In this document: positions 1 through 12,404 of the stretch, piece after piece | Numbering within the stretch: position 1 is the stretch's first letter | Layout: every line of letters starts with the position of its first letter | Origin: Octopus vulgaris | Taxonomy: Eukaryota | Length of the DNA stretch: 64,000 nucleotides | NCBI GenBank assembly: GCA_951406725.2 | Contig: OX597830.1 | Location: forward strand, 18,600,001 to 18,664,000 | Direction: 5' to 3' | Made by a program: the position numbers and the translations under genes | The notes under the pieces: model-generated | Database searches by the model: none | Seen by the model: the letters and a program-made list of their open reading frames with translations, nothing else | Told to the model about the DNA's origin: nothing

Positions 1-693
1 TCTTGCCTCTTTTACTGATGTATATTGGCAAAAGAGATACACATACATACTTAGATATTTGTGAGTTTAAATGCCACTGGGCTTTATTACACCTCTTTTG
101 CTAACATGAGAAAAGAAATTTAAACATGCTTGATGTGTGTGTGTGTGCGTATCTATGCATGCGTGCGGGCAGGGTGGGCCAAAAGTCATGCACCAAAATA
201 TTTGGCCATTATGTACTTGTTGATATTTTGTAATTCGTGTGTGTATGTAAAACCCATTTGGCTTATGTACCGTGAAATGGAATCACAAACGAATAGGTGT
301 TAATCTCAGGAATGTAACAAAAAATAGCAAAATGAAATAACGATGGTTAATGTAACAATAATTATTTCTTCATGTACAATAACACGATGCCATAAAACTT
401 GAGGAGAGACTGTGGCAGGGTATTACATGTTTAATATAATTTGAAAAACTGAGGTTAATTTTTGTGTTGCATTGTTAAGAATGTATATTTCATAGAATCA
501 ATCTCAGTACTTTGGTGGTACCTATCAACTTTGGGAGGATGAAAGATAAAGTCAGCTTGGATAGGATTTGAACCACAAATATAATGTGATGTAACCAAAT
601 AATTATAAGGCATGATGAAGCAACAAGAGCCTCTAGGTGCCTGCTCGACCATTTATAGCAGTCAAATCCCATGCAAATGAAATTCCCACAATT

Positions 694-910
694 TTAACCC
701 TTTCGTTACCAACCCGGCTGACTCTGAGTGCAAATGTCTTGTTTTCACAATTTTTGAATTAAAATCTTCCCCAAAACTTTAATCACAGTTTATGTTCCTA
801 ACACTAGCTTAATGATAACTAAGTTATTTTACTAAATTCTTCGTTATATTTAAAATTAATTGAAAGAAACACAGAGCATCTCAAAATAAATACAGTAATG
901 AAAGGGTTAA
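694..910. mobile_element. piggyBac-type MITE, family A
   Basis: TTAA-CCCTTTCGTTAC ... GTAATGAAAGGG-TTAA termini; internal sequence shared with copies at 26.6, 30.8, 38.5, 40.6 and 48.9 kb. Confidence 0.85.
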
Positions 911-1119
911 ACAAGAACACATTGAATGATGCAGTGCTAGATATACCTGAAAATAAGATGGGCTTATTATCGGAAGGTCTTTGATCATAGGTTTGCTCAA
1001 TTAAGGTTGAGGTGGGGGTTAAACAACAACAGTTAGATGTTCAGTATCATGTGAACATTTCTGTCCCCCATTGCCCTACACCAGGTAAGAAAAAATAATA
1101 ATAAATTCAAGAGTAAGTA

Positions 1120-1460
1120 TAAAGGCCCCCTTCAGTCACAAATGACCGTGGGATTGCACCATGAAAGTTCCCTACTGATGCAAAAGCCCGGGCAAGGTTG
1201 TCTTGTGGAAGATCAACAGTCGCCCCAGTATAGAAGACTCCTCTTGCTATGCCACTGGTGTTGTCTGAGGGAAAGGCAAAGGCCAATACAGCTTGGCACT
1301 AATGACATCACAACTCATTTCAACAGCTGAATGAACTGGAGCAACACAAAATAAAGTATCTTGCTCAAGAACACAATACATGGCCCGTTCTGAGAATCAA
1401 GCTCACAATCTCGCAATTGTAAGCCCAACTCTCTAACCACTGAGTTATGTGTCTTCACTA
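1120..1460 (-). mobile_element. tRNA-derived CORE-like SINE, diverged
   Basis: Minus strand: tRNA-like head (TAACTCAGTGGTTAGAG ... GAGCTTGATTCTC), then TGTGTTCTTGAGCAAGATACTT...GCTCCAGTTCATTCAGCTG, shared with 41.6 and 42.3 kb. Confidence 0.6.
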
Positions 1461-1671
1461 ACAATTACAAAGTAATGCTTTCTAATACTGGCACAGAGTC
1501 ATAGATTTTTCTTTTTTTAAAGTATAATCAATAAAAATAAAACTGACTGCACAATGACTGGTTTTTATTTTAATGACTATGGAAGGATGAAAAACAAAAC
1601 AGAACATATAGTGAGAGGGGATTTGGACTTAAAATGTAAGGTGTTGAAATTAAATACTACAAGGCATTTTG

Positions 1672-2081
1672 GGATCTTTTAGGTTTGAACAGCAGTTTTT
1701 TCTAGCGGTGTCATATGAAATTGTCACCCATAATTATGACCCTAGTATCGATCTATTGCATTTCAATCTGTTTTAGGGTTAGGGTTAGGGGGAAGGGTAT
1801 CTTTTTTTCTTCACAAATGTAAATAAACCCAATCTGTTTCTTAAACGAGGGACATATTCATACAGCACAAAATGTTTTCACCTCAATAGATGTCATTGAT
1901 TGGTTGAAATTGCAGAAATTGAAGAAAAAAAACAACAAATATCTTACAAACTATAGAATTTTCTCAATAAAGCCAAGAGAAAAGATGTTTTATAAACACA
2001 TTCTACCAGTATACGAAGTTTAAAAGTGTTTAATTACGTGGAAATTGTTTTAAAAAACTGCCGGTTAGACCGAAAAGATCT
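1672..2081 (+). mobile_element. Non-autonomous DNA transposon (MITE family C, MULE/hAT-like) with internal (TTAGGG)n
   Basis: TIR GGATCTTTT.GGTTTGAAC.GCAGTTTT / AAAACTGCC...ACCGAAAAGATC; 9-bp TSD GGCATTTTG at 1663-1671 and 2082-2090. Confidence 0.85.
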
Positions 2082-2764
2082 GGCATTTTGTCCAATGCTC
2101 TGCTGATTCAAACATTGCACCACCTTATACAAGGAATATCAATCTAGTGGTCTGGAATCCCGTCTTTTCCCAGGGAACCTCTACACAGTAACTCAACCTA
2201 CTACAAAAGCTGGCAAATCTCTGTTAAATATAGTCTATCATCTTAAAAGAAGGACAGATATATTGAATAGTGTAATCTGGGGTACACTTTGTGCTGAATA
2301 AAAAAATAGGATATTGCTTTTGATCATAGGTCAGCTTAATCAGGGATTAAACAGCAATAAAAGCAACAGTGATTTCTAACTCAGGTGCAAGGCCACAAAT
2401 ATGCTTATGTGTGGAAGGGAGGGATGGAGTATAGTCAATTAAACCAACCTCCTTCCCATTTTACCTTTAAACATTATAATCATCATAGCAACATCAGCTA
2501 CTTTATAGCTGTGTGGATGGAAAAAGTTATCAGGGAACCCATGACTTGACTTTATCCTTTTTCCTTTATCCTACTCCAACCTCACTGATATAAGGAATTG
2601 CAACTCCCACTATCATTTACACCTGGGTATCCTTCAATAAAGTGTGTGTGTGTGTGTGCATGAGTGTTTGTTTTTGTGTCTTCACTCAGACACCACTTAA
2701 GCAGTAGCAACATTTTGTTCCTGACCCTCAAATAGTATGTTCCTTAGTTCAGCAGTTTTGACAC

Positions 2765-2982
2765 TTAACCCTTTAGCATTTAAACCGCCAAAAGTATTCT
2801 GCCTGTTTTATGTTCAAACTGGCCAGATCTGGTCTCTCACACCAACCCTACAATATCGATAAAAAAATTAACAGCTACCTCATCAAAATCTCATAGCTAC
2901 AAGATAATGCATGATTAATTCAAAACAACGTGGATAAAAAAGGATTCATTTTGGCAGAATAATGCGAACACTAAAGGGTTAA
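2765..2982. mobile_element. piggyBac-type MITE, family B
   Basis: TTAA-CCCTTTAG ... CTAAAGGG-TTAA. Confidence 0.85.
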
Positions 2983-4230
2983 ATACCAGTGGAATAAAAA
3001 AAAATATCTTACTTGAAAAACAAGCATCAGCAACCGGAAGGGCATCCAGCCATAGAATACTGTCTTAATAAGTCTCGTCCAACCCATACCAGCATGGAAA
3101 AAGGGGGACAATGAAAATTATCATGAACAAACTGATGAAGAGCAATATTTTAAATCTTTAGTGACATTTTATGTCAATAAGATTAGGGTTATTTAAAAAA
3201 TAATGAGTCAAATTTTATTTGGTTTTAGTCTGCTAATAGAATTGTGTTGTGTAAACTGAAACTACCTTTTGAATTTGTCACAAGTCCTGTTGACTCTAGA
3301 AACTTCATCACATAATGGAAGATGGTTTGCCTCATTTCATGTATGTTTAAGCTATTTCTGGGTTTGTTATTCTTCATTAAAAAAAAATCATAAACAAACG
3401 AAAAAAAAAAAAAAAACTAGGGAGATTTTGGAAAAAAAACAAAATTCAAACAAAATTGACTGAAAATTTTTTTTGAATCCTGACGGCCAGAGAGAATAGT
3501 TTCTTCAGTATTCTGTCAGAAACCAATTTCCATAAATGCCATCTGCTAGCTGCTTTCCTAACCAGGAATCCCATCCATCAATCTACCAAGAAATTCATGT
3601 GCCAAGCTGCTCATAACAAGCCTTCTATTGTGGGCTTAGATTTCTGGCTAATTTCGAAAGAGAATTTGCAAAGTGAAGCAAGATTCATTTACATCTTAAT
3701 CACCACCAATATACACCACCCATCTCTAAAATGGAACTTTCTGTCTCAGAGCCTTGCTGATAAAGATTAAATCCAGACATGTGTTAAAGAATATAACAAT
3801 CTTTTAGTTTTGTTGTTCTCCTCTTCTCTAATACTGATTTAATACAAAGAATTGTGAAAATACATAACTGAATATGAACCACGTTTTATCATCCACATGT
3901 TATCCTCTTTCTACAAACTAAAAGATTATCTCACCAGCAATCAGTTCACTGATCTTACTTATATAAAAATTATTTGGAATGTCATGCAGTATGAACATCA
4001 GACAATTTTATATTTCAGCGCATATTATAAATATCATAAATTAACTACCAAGATGTTAATATAAATGATAATAGACCAACTGAGAATAAATTTGAGATAG
4101 ACAAAATGCAGCAAGCCTTCTGACAGATCTAGAACTACATATCTATCAATTGCCAGACAAATCATAACTGACTTTATGTGTGTTAGCAGAATAGCCTCTA
4201 CAACTGAAGTAAAAAGACCGACAAATTTAT

Positions 4231-4616
4231 CTTTACTCTTTTACTTGTTTCAGTTGTTTGACTGTGGCCATGCTGGAGCATCGCCTTTAGTCGAGCAAAT
4301 CAACCTCAGGACTTATTCTTTGTAAGCCTAGTACTTATTTTATCGGTCTCTTTTTGCTGAACCGCTATGTTACGGTGACGTAAACACACCAGCATCGGTT
4401 GTCAAGCGACGTTGGGGGGACAAACACAGACACACAAACATATACATACATACGACGGGCTTCTTTCAGTTTCTGTCTACCAAATCCACTCACAAGTCTT
4501 TGGTCGGTCCGAGGCTATAGCAGAAGACACTTGCCCAAGGTGCCATGCAGTGGGACTGAACCCGGAACCATGTGGTTCATAAGATAGCTACTTACCACAC
4601 AGCCACTCCTATGCCT
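4231..4616 (-). mobile_element. tRNA-derived SINE family A (full length)
   Basis: Head AGGAGTGGCTGTGTGGTAAG...GGTTCAGTCCC (A/B-box-like), internal TA/TG microsatellite, tail ...AACTGAAACAAGTAAAAGAG; more than 12 copies in the window. Confidence 0.9.
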
Positions 4617-4779
4617 ATCTTGAGAAAGGTAAATTAGTACAGTTAAAATATAAACAGATTATGGTATCTAATTTAACATAGAGTCCTGCAATGTCTGTAA
4701 TGTAATCAGTAAGGCAGTCACCCAACAAGCAAGAGATATGTGGTCTGAATCTTGTTGGTGGGTTTACTGCTACTTTTTT

Positions 4780-5365
4780 ATTCCTTTATTGCCCACAAGG
4801 GGCTAAACATAGAGGGGACAAACAAGGACAGACAAACGGATTAAGTCGATTACATCGACCCCAGTGTGTAACTGGTACTTATTTAATCGACTCCGAAAGG
4901 ATGAAAGGCAAAGTTGACCTCAGTGGAATTTGAACTCAGAATGTAGCGGCAGACGAAATGCCTATTTCTTTACTACCCACAAGGGGCTAAACACAGAGAG
5001 GACAAACAAGGACAGACAAAACGGATTAAATCAATTATATCGACCTCAGTGCGTAACTGGTACTTATTTAATTGATCCCGAAAGGATGAAAGGCAAAGTC
5101 GACCTTGGCGGAATTTGAACTCAGAACGTAGCGGCAGACGAAATGCCTATTTCTTTACTACACACAAGGGGCTAAACATAGAGGAGACAAACAAGGACAG
5201 ACAAACGGATTAAATCGATTACATCAACCCCAGTGCGTAACTGGTACTTAATTTATGGACCCCGAAAGGATGAAAGGCAAAGTCAACCTCGGCGGAATTT
5301 CAACTCAGAACGTAGCAGCCGACGAAATACGGCTAAGCATTTCACCGGCCGTGCTAATGTTTCTG
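4780..5365 (-). mobile_element. tRNA-derived SINE family B, 3' part tandemly triplicated
   Basis: Three ~184-bp units containing GCCTTTCATCCTTTCGGGGTCGAT-like/AAGTACCAG; matches monomers at 40.2, 47.1 and 54.3 kb. Confidence 0.9.
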
Positions 5366-5773
5366 TTTGAACGGCAGTTTTTAACATAATTTCTAGGTAA
5401 CTAAAAAATTTTAAACTTCGTATACTGGTAGAATATGTTTATAAAACATCTTTTTCTCTTGGCTTTATTGAGAAAATTCTATAGTTTGTAAGATATTTGT
5501 TGTTTTTTTTCTTCAATTTCTGCAATTTCAACCAATCACTGATGTCTATTGAGGTAAAAAAAAACATTCTGTGCCGTATGAATATGTCCCTCATTTAAGA
5601 AACAGATTGGGTTTATTTACATTTGTGCAGAAAAAAAGATACCCTTCCCCCCACCCCTAACCCTAATCCTAAAACAGATAGAAATGCGATAGATTGATAC
5701 TAGGGTCATAATTATGGGTGACAATTTCATATGACACCGCTAAAAAAAACTGCCGTTCAAACCGAAAAGATCC
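5365..5773 (-). mobile_element. MITE family C, left TIR truncated
   Basis: Reverse-complement homolog of 1672-2081; ends ...AAACCGAAAAGATCC; contains CCCTAACCCTAA. Confidence 0.85.
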
Positions 5774-5774
5774 T

Positions 5775-5973
5775 ACATTGCTTTAGTTCCAATTAGTTTT
5801 TTAAACTAAAGAAGAATTTATTAAGATAACTTTGTCAATTATTAAGCTGGGGTTTGGAAAATAAACTGATTAAGAAATTTTGATGGAAGTTTTTAATTTA
5901 AATAACTTCAAGCATGAAGTTTGTATCATTGATTCAGGGGCTGTCACAGGCAGGTTGGTATCAAAGGGGTTAA
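5775..5973. mobile_element. Diverged piggyBac-type MITE (family A relative), left end lost
   Basis: Ends GGTTGGTATCAAAGGGG-TTAA; similar to 33963-34194. Confidence 0.6.
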
Positions 5974-6534
5974 GAGGGCCTGCAATGATCATTTGGTGAC
6001 TAATAATCATAAGAAAAAAAAAAAAAAGAAAAGGAAAAAAAATCAATGTTTAGGTTAGAAAACCATGCTTCATGTTATTCCATGTAATTTTAGATTCTTA
6101 AAATCTATCATGTCTACATCTGTGACTACACAATATGGTTTATTTATGCTATCAGTGGTGAGTCATATGACAGAAATATTTCTACCTGACGTGAGGGCCA
6201 TTTAAGTCTTGAAATATGTTACGGGTGCTGACTTCCCAGCATTTGTTGAAACATTTGCAGTTATAACCCTAATAATCTTTTTTCAATCAGGCTAAACATG
6301 TTTTAAGCATATTAATATGTTGTAAACTAATATGTTGTATACAGTATGTGTGCTTTCACATTATGAGCTAACTGGTCTTACTGAGCCAATGAAGAACCTT
6401 TACCTGATAGCACAACCTGGTAGATATAGCAGCCAAATCACCAACAAATTACACTGTACCATCTCAAAATGGGAGGGATACGCAGCATAATATAGTCGTA
6501 GATGTGCAATAGTTGAGAAAATGACAGGATGTTC

Positions 6535-6850
6535 ATCATCATCATCATCATTTAACGCCCGCTTTCCATGCTAGCATGGGTTGGTCGATTTGACTGAGGT
6601 CTGGCAAACCAGATGGCTGCACGAGGCTCCAGTCTGATCTGGCAGAGTTTTTACAGCTGGATTCCCTTCCTAACGCCAATCACAGGAGTCAGTCCAGCGG
6701 CACTGGTAATGATCACACTCAAATGGTGCTTTTTACGTGCCACTGGCATGGAAGCCATACTGCTGCTCTGGCAGTGATCCCGCTCAGATGGAGATGTTAG
6801 CGCTCCACTGGTACAGGTGCCAGTCGTCAAATTTTGTTCAATTTCGATTT
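6535..6850 (-). mobile_element. RTE LINE 3' UTR fragment
   Basis: Homologous to the 3' UTR of the RTE at 60.7-61.6 kb, with (GAT)n tail. Confidence 0.75.
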
Positions 6851-6884
6851 CATGAGAACTAAAATATAGAACTATACATATATA

Positions 6885-7055
6885 AGTGTAGACATGGCTG
6901 TGTCATTAAGCAATTCCCTTCACAACCATGTGTGTTTGGGTTTAGATCCACTGTGTGGGTCTTTGGGTAAGCACATGACTCCCAAGCCAACCAATGCCTT
7001 AGGAGTAAATCCAGTAGAAAGAAATGGTACAGAGGCCTTGTTTTGTGTGTATGTA

Positions 7056-7107
<52 letters not shown>

Positions 7108-7400
7108 TGTGTGTGTGTGTGCCTCAGTACTTGATAAGTGGTTTGAGATTGTTTACATATCTGAAACTTAGTGATACAGAAACTGAGAGACGCCTGTCAT
7201 GTGTGTGCATCTGTGTTAGTCCCCCACCCATCGCTTGACAAGCGATTTTTGGTGTGTTTGCATCCCTGTAACTTAGCGGTTCAGCAAAAGAGACCGACAG
7301 AATGAGTACTAGGCTTACAGAATAAGTCTTAAAGAATAAGTCGTGAGGTCGGTTTGTTTGACTAAAGGTGGTGCTCCAGCATAGCCATATTCAAATGACT
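6885..7400 (+). mobile_element. SINE family A, diverged/composite, with (TG)n
   Basis: Family A head, internal microsatellite and tail. Confidence 0.75.
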
Positions 7401-7423
7401 GAAACAAATAAAAAAATAACAGA

Positions 7424-7478
<55 letters not shown>

Positions 7479-7775
7479 GATGTGTGTATTTTTCCCTTAT
7501 TAATAATTAACATGGAAAAATAAATAGTTACCAGGGTAGAAAAAAATCGCACAAGTAGAAAAGTTGTGACTCCATGGTTTTATTTAATATACATATAGTC
7601 ATATACTTCTCATTTATTTAGTTTTTCTTTCCTTTATCCCTCCCCTTTCTATAGGCTACCTCTGACATTATATCCTATAACGTTTTTTTGAAACAATCTT
7701 AATATCGTTCAGTTAATCACTATACATATCCATCATTTTCTGTTAAAATGTCTTATTGATGAGTTTCATTTCTTC

Positions 7776-7864
7776 ACTTCCCTGAAAAGAAGATTACATT
7801 ATTTTACACCATTTTATTCCTTTGGAATAATACCAGTGATATCTTCGAAACACGTGTTGGAAGT
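7776..7864 (+). ncRNA. Minimal type I hammerhead ribozyme motif (G8A, probably inactive)
   Basis: Stem I ACUUCC/GGAAGU; core CUGAAAA; stem II GAAGAU/AUCUUC with long insert; GAA + palindrome ACACGUGU + U. Confidence 0.65.
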
Positions 7865-7911
7865 AAAAGAATTTGAATAACACCTGCGTTTAACTCCAAT
7901 TTTTATTATTA

Positions 7912-8202
7912 TTTATTCACCATTACATGGGTTTCATTTGTTAATAAGAATTACAAAGTTTTACATGTTATATAGGCAGGTAAGGAATTTTCCTTTAGAA
8001 ATTCGTTATGCAAAGAAATTAAATCATACAAATTTTACATTTATATTTAGATAGTAACCAGGAGCAGCACAGACTGCTCTGGTGAGGGAAGAAAATTCTA
8101 TTCTCTGAAGAGTTTCTAATAGGAAATTCCTTACATGTCTATGTTACATGTGAAACTTAGTAATTCCTATTAGCAAGTGGAACAGGTGTAATGGTGAATA
8201 AA
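7912..8202. repeat. Imperfect inverted repeat, ~93-bp arms
   Basis: 7912-8004 is the reverse complement of 8110-8202. Confidence 0.75.
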
Positions 8203-8809
8203 CAAAACCAAAACATTTCAAATTTTCTGTTTTGTTACACAATAACTCTACAAATAATATTTCCATAATTCTCAGTTTTGATATATGATTTGAACCAACA
8301 TACAGTAGCAACTGAGATTACATATTGAATAATAATAATGGAGTAAGCAGATGTGCTTCAAGGGGAAACAGCTGGGATTTACCTTAATTATCTACGCTAT
8401 ATATGTGTCTTTGTTTCTAGTCAGTAGTATAATTGATATCTATATATATATACATGTGTGTGTGTGTGTGCAGGATTGGCTGTGTCGTAAGAAGCTGCTT
8501 CCCAACCACATGGTTCTAGGTTCAGAATTTGAACTCAGAACATAGTGGCGGACAAAATACTGCTAAGCATTTTATCCAGTGTGCTAACGCTTCTACCAGC
8601 TCGCCACCTTAAATAATAATAATAATAACAATAAAGATGATAATAATAACAACTATCCAGTCTTAACCAATTCAGAATATATACAGAGGTCTCTGTTGAT
8701 GCCAAGATACAATGCTGACATTTCTTATTGTGGAAACAATATCAGCATTTTGAAATAAGCAGAGAAAAAGATAGGTACAAATACATATAACGAAAGGGTT
8801 TTAGAGAAT

Positions 8810-9211
8810 TCTTTTACTCTTTTACTCTTTTACTTGTTTCAGTCATTTGACTGTGGCCATGCTGGAGCACCACCTTTAGTCGAGCAAATCGACCCCAGGA
8901 CTTATTCTTTGGAAGCCCAGTACTTATTCTATCGGTCTCTTTTTGCTGAACTGCTAAGTTACAGGGACGTAAACACACCAGCATCCGTTGTCAAGTGATG
9001 CTGGGGAGACAAACACAGATACACACACACATATACACACATATATATGATGGGCTTCTTCCAGTTTCCGTCTACCAAATCCACTTACAAGGCTTTGGTT
9101 GGCCCGAGGCTATAGTAGAAGACACTTGCCCAAGGTGCCACACGGTGGGACTGAACTGGGGACCATGTGGTTGGTAAGCAAGCTACTTACCACACAGCCA
9201 CTCCTACGCCT
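8810..9211 (-). mobile_element. SINE family A (full length)
   Basis: High similarity to 4231-4616. Confidence 0.9.
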
Positions 9212-9264
9212 ATATTGCTAAGTAATCATAATCTGTGGCAAGCCAATTCATGAAAACAGGGAAA

Positions 9265-9490
9265 TTAACCCTTTAGCATTCAGATTACTATGTCAAAAGT
9301 AATCCCTAGTTATTCATGCTGTTTTGAATCAATCCTGCATTATTTCATAGCTTTGAGGTTTTGATGATGTGATTGTATATTTTTAGAATGACATTGTAAG
9401 ATAGGTACAAGAGGCCAGCTCTTGACATTTTAAACAAAACAGGTAGAATATTTGGGCTAGATATGGCGGGTTTAAATGCTAAAGGGTTAA
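9265..9490. mobile_element. piggyBac-type MITE, family B
   Basis: TTAA-CCCTTTAGCATT ... AATGCTAAAGGG-TTAA. Confidence 0.85.
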
Positions 9491-9954
9491 GACAAATTAT
9501 CAAAATATTGAATCCATAACTGACTCCACACTATTTATTATTAAGTCCAGCATTTCCTCCCCAGCACTTGGCCCTTCTGAAATTCCCTGCAGTTGTCAGC
9601 AAACTTTTAAAGAGAAATGATAACTGCCTCATTCTCACTGGTATTGTAGTAGCCTTGAAGACCAGTGACACAGGCCAAAAAAGGAAAAAATAAACTACCC
9701 AGACAGGTGCAGACGTGGCTGAGCGACGAAGAAGCTTGTTTCCAAACTATGTGATCACAGGTTCAGTCTCATTCCATAGCAACATGGATAAGTGTTTTCT
9801 ACTGTGGCCAAGGCTTAGCCATAGCCTTCTGAGAGGCTTTGTTTGACAGAATCTAGAATAACCTGTTGTAGGCATGTGTGTGTGTGTGTATATATAGAGA
9901 GAGAGATAGATAGAAAGATAGATAGATAGGTAAGTAGATATAGACATCCTTTAA

Positions 9955-10088
9955 TGTACAGAGTATAGAGATATGAGCTACTAATAGCTTCTCGCTGTGA
10001 AGACACAGTGCATGTTATAGAAACCTGCATAGACACATGTCTTCACAGCAAGAAACTATTAGTAGCTTATATCTTTATACTGTGTACA
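9955..10088. repeat. Foldback / small MITE-like hairpin
   Basis: ~51-bp imperfect inverted arms (TGTACAGAGTATAGAGAT...GAAGACA / TGTCTTC...TATACTGTGTACA). Confidence 0.75.
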
Positions 10089-10157
10089 GTAAGTGATATT
10101 TATCTCTCACTGGATGGAGTAGCTTTTTTGTTGATCTTACCTTAACAGTAAAGTATA

Positions 10158-10188
<31 letters not shown>

Positions 10189-10218
10189 GTATATATATAC
10201 ATACACACACATACATAT

Positions 10219-11465
10219 AACTTTGATAGGTTTTGCCCAGTATCGGCCCAGGCATGTTTAACTTAATAGTACCACCTAGTGAAGTCTTTTAGTCATATAT
10301 GGGGCACCATAGCCCACTCTAGCAAAGAGTTATTATTGTTGGAGACATATTCAGGTGTAAGAGGTTTTTGAAGAAATTTGTCCAGTGAACATTTGAATTT
10401 TATGCGATCCGTTTCCGTTTTGACGTATTTTGGTATGGTATTAAAGAGAGCTGGGCCAGTTGGGGTAAAGTAATTGTGATGTAATGTTGCTATGTGTACC
10501 AAGTTCAATTTTTGTAGTGGGTGGATAGCACGGGGTCCAAGTCTTGGATGGATTTTAAAATTGATGCCAACATCATTTGTGCAATACTGATGGAATATTT
10601 TCCACGTCACACAAATGATGTAGCGCTCTCGACAGCATTGGAGAGAGTAGAGATTGAGTTTTTTAATCAACCCCAATAATCAATGCCTCTCATGCCATCT
10701 ATCTTTCTTGTTATTGACCTCTGGATTGCTTCTACTTTCATAATGAGTTGCTTCATATGGGAGGACCACAACGGGCAACAGTATTCAAGGTGGGGGTCAG
10801 GCAAAAGTAGAGTAGAGAAGGATGATGGCCTAGGCATCTCTAGACCAGAAAGTTCTCAGAATTCAGGAGCATATCTTGTGGGCTAAGTCAACCTTGCTGT
10901 TTAAATGGGGACTCCAGATTTTCAATGTAGAATGTTTGATGTCGTTGATGTAAATAATGAAGAGGAGTAGGCCCAACACAGTACCTTGTGGGACACCACT
11001 ACTGACTTTGGCTGAGCTGGATTGTATTCCTTCAAACACATGTTAGGCTCTGTTTGACAGGAAACACTTTATCCACTGCAGCAGCTTTCCATGGACTCCA
11101 ATGTTGGACAGTTTCTTCAGCAGGATTTTGTGGTCCATTCTGTCAAATGCCTTGCTGAAATCAAGGTATATGATGTCAGTGTTGGAGCCCTCTCCCAACG
11201 CTTTTAAGATGTCATCAAAATAGTGCAGAAGCTGCGACAGGCAGTCCCTGCCACCACGGAAATCGTGCTGGTTGGGGTCCAGCAGACTGTTGTCTTTGAG
11301 GAAGTGAGTTATTTGCAATCTCACCACCCTCTCACATACTTTAATGATATGAAAAGTGAGTGAAATCAGATGGTTGTTCACCGCAAGAGATTTGTTTCCC
11401 TTTTTGAAGACTGGAATGATAGACTGGGAAAGAAAATGATCAGCAATGTCTCCTGCATCAAGTGA
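10219..11465 (-). mobile_element. CR1/L2-clade LINE, 5'-truncated, decayed reverse transcriptase and 3' end
   Basis: [65 protein letters not shown] motifs; frameshifts; internal deletion near 10920 removes the YADD segment. Confidence 0.9.
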
Positions 11466-11744
11466 GTTTCACTTAGAGCTCAGCTAGAAGTTCCTCATCA
11501 TTAATATGTTCTCAGCATGACACTGATGGGTGAAACACTTAATAATGTTGAGGCATTCCTTGAAGCGTAGAAAAGAGCCCAACTACTATTAAATTGCTAT
11601 ATATATATATATATATATGCATACATATGTATATACATATATACAGGCAGTTTTTACATGCTAGAAGAAGCAGTCAAAACGACCAAAATCACATTTAAGA
11701 GCAATCTTCAAAAGGAATGAAAAATAAAAACTTTATATATATAT

Positions 11745-12190
11745 ATATAGGTAGACAGATCAGTAGGTAGATAGATAGGTAGACAGTTAGGTAGACAGAT
11801 AAATAGATAGACAGACAGGTAGGTAGACGGACAGACAGGTAGTTAGACAGACAGATAGGTAGACACACAGTTAGGGAAACAGACAGATAGGTAGACAGAC
11901 AGATAAGTAGACAGACAGTTAAGTAGAGAGACAGGCAGGTAGATAGGCAGACGAAGAGGCAGACAGATAGGCAGAGGGATAGGCAGACGGATAAGCAGAT
12001 GGATAGGCAGACGGATGGGAAGACGGATAGGAAGACGGATAAGCAGACGGATAGGCAGACGGATGGGAAGACGGATAGGAAGACGGATAAGCAGATGGAT
12101 AGGCAGACGGATAAGCAGACAGATAGGCAGATGAAGAGGAAGACGGATAAGCAGACGGATAGGCAGATGAATAGGTAGACGGATAGGTAG
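11745..12190. repeat. Compound tetranucleotide microsatellite (AGAC/AGAT/GGAT/AGGC)
   Basis: Direct reading; source of the spurious 205-aa and 140-aa ORFs. Confidence 0.9.
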
Positions 12191-12404
12191 ATGTGGTGGG
12201 GTATTTGTGTATACACTTTTATTGACATCACATGATAGTTGTAGGCAAGCATCACTGTCATACAAGCAACATTATTCATTTCCAGTCTTCTATAAAAAAC
12301 ATATCCAGCCATGGATGAATATTACCTCAACTAGAAAAAGGTGGATGGTTGGCAACAGGAACCACATATATTTTATGCAATACAAGAGAAATTGTAGCAA
12401 TTTA

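Noticed and set aside
170-200. Tc1-like TIR CAGGGTGGGCCAAAAGT
   Set aside because: No matching second TIR found
8104-8130. CTGAAGA...GAAA as a further hammerhead
   Set aside because: No stem II closing next to GAAA and no stem I
11695-12312. 205-aa and 140-aa ORFs
   Set aside because: Translations of a tetranucleotide microsatellite
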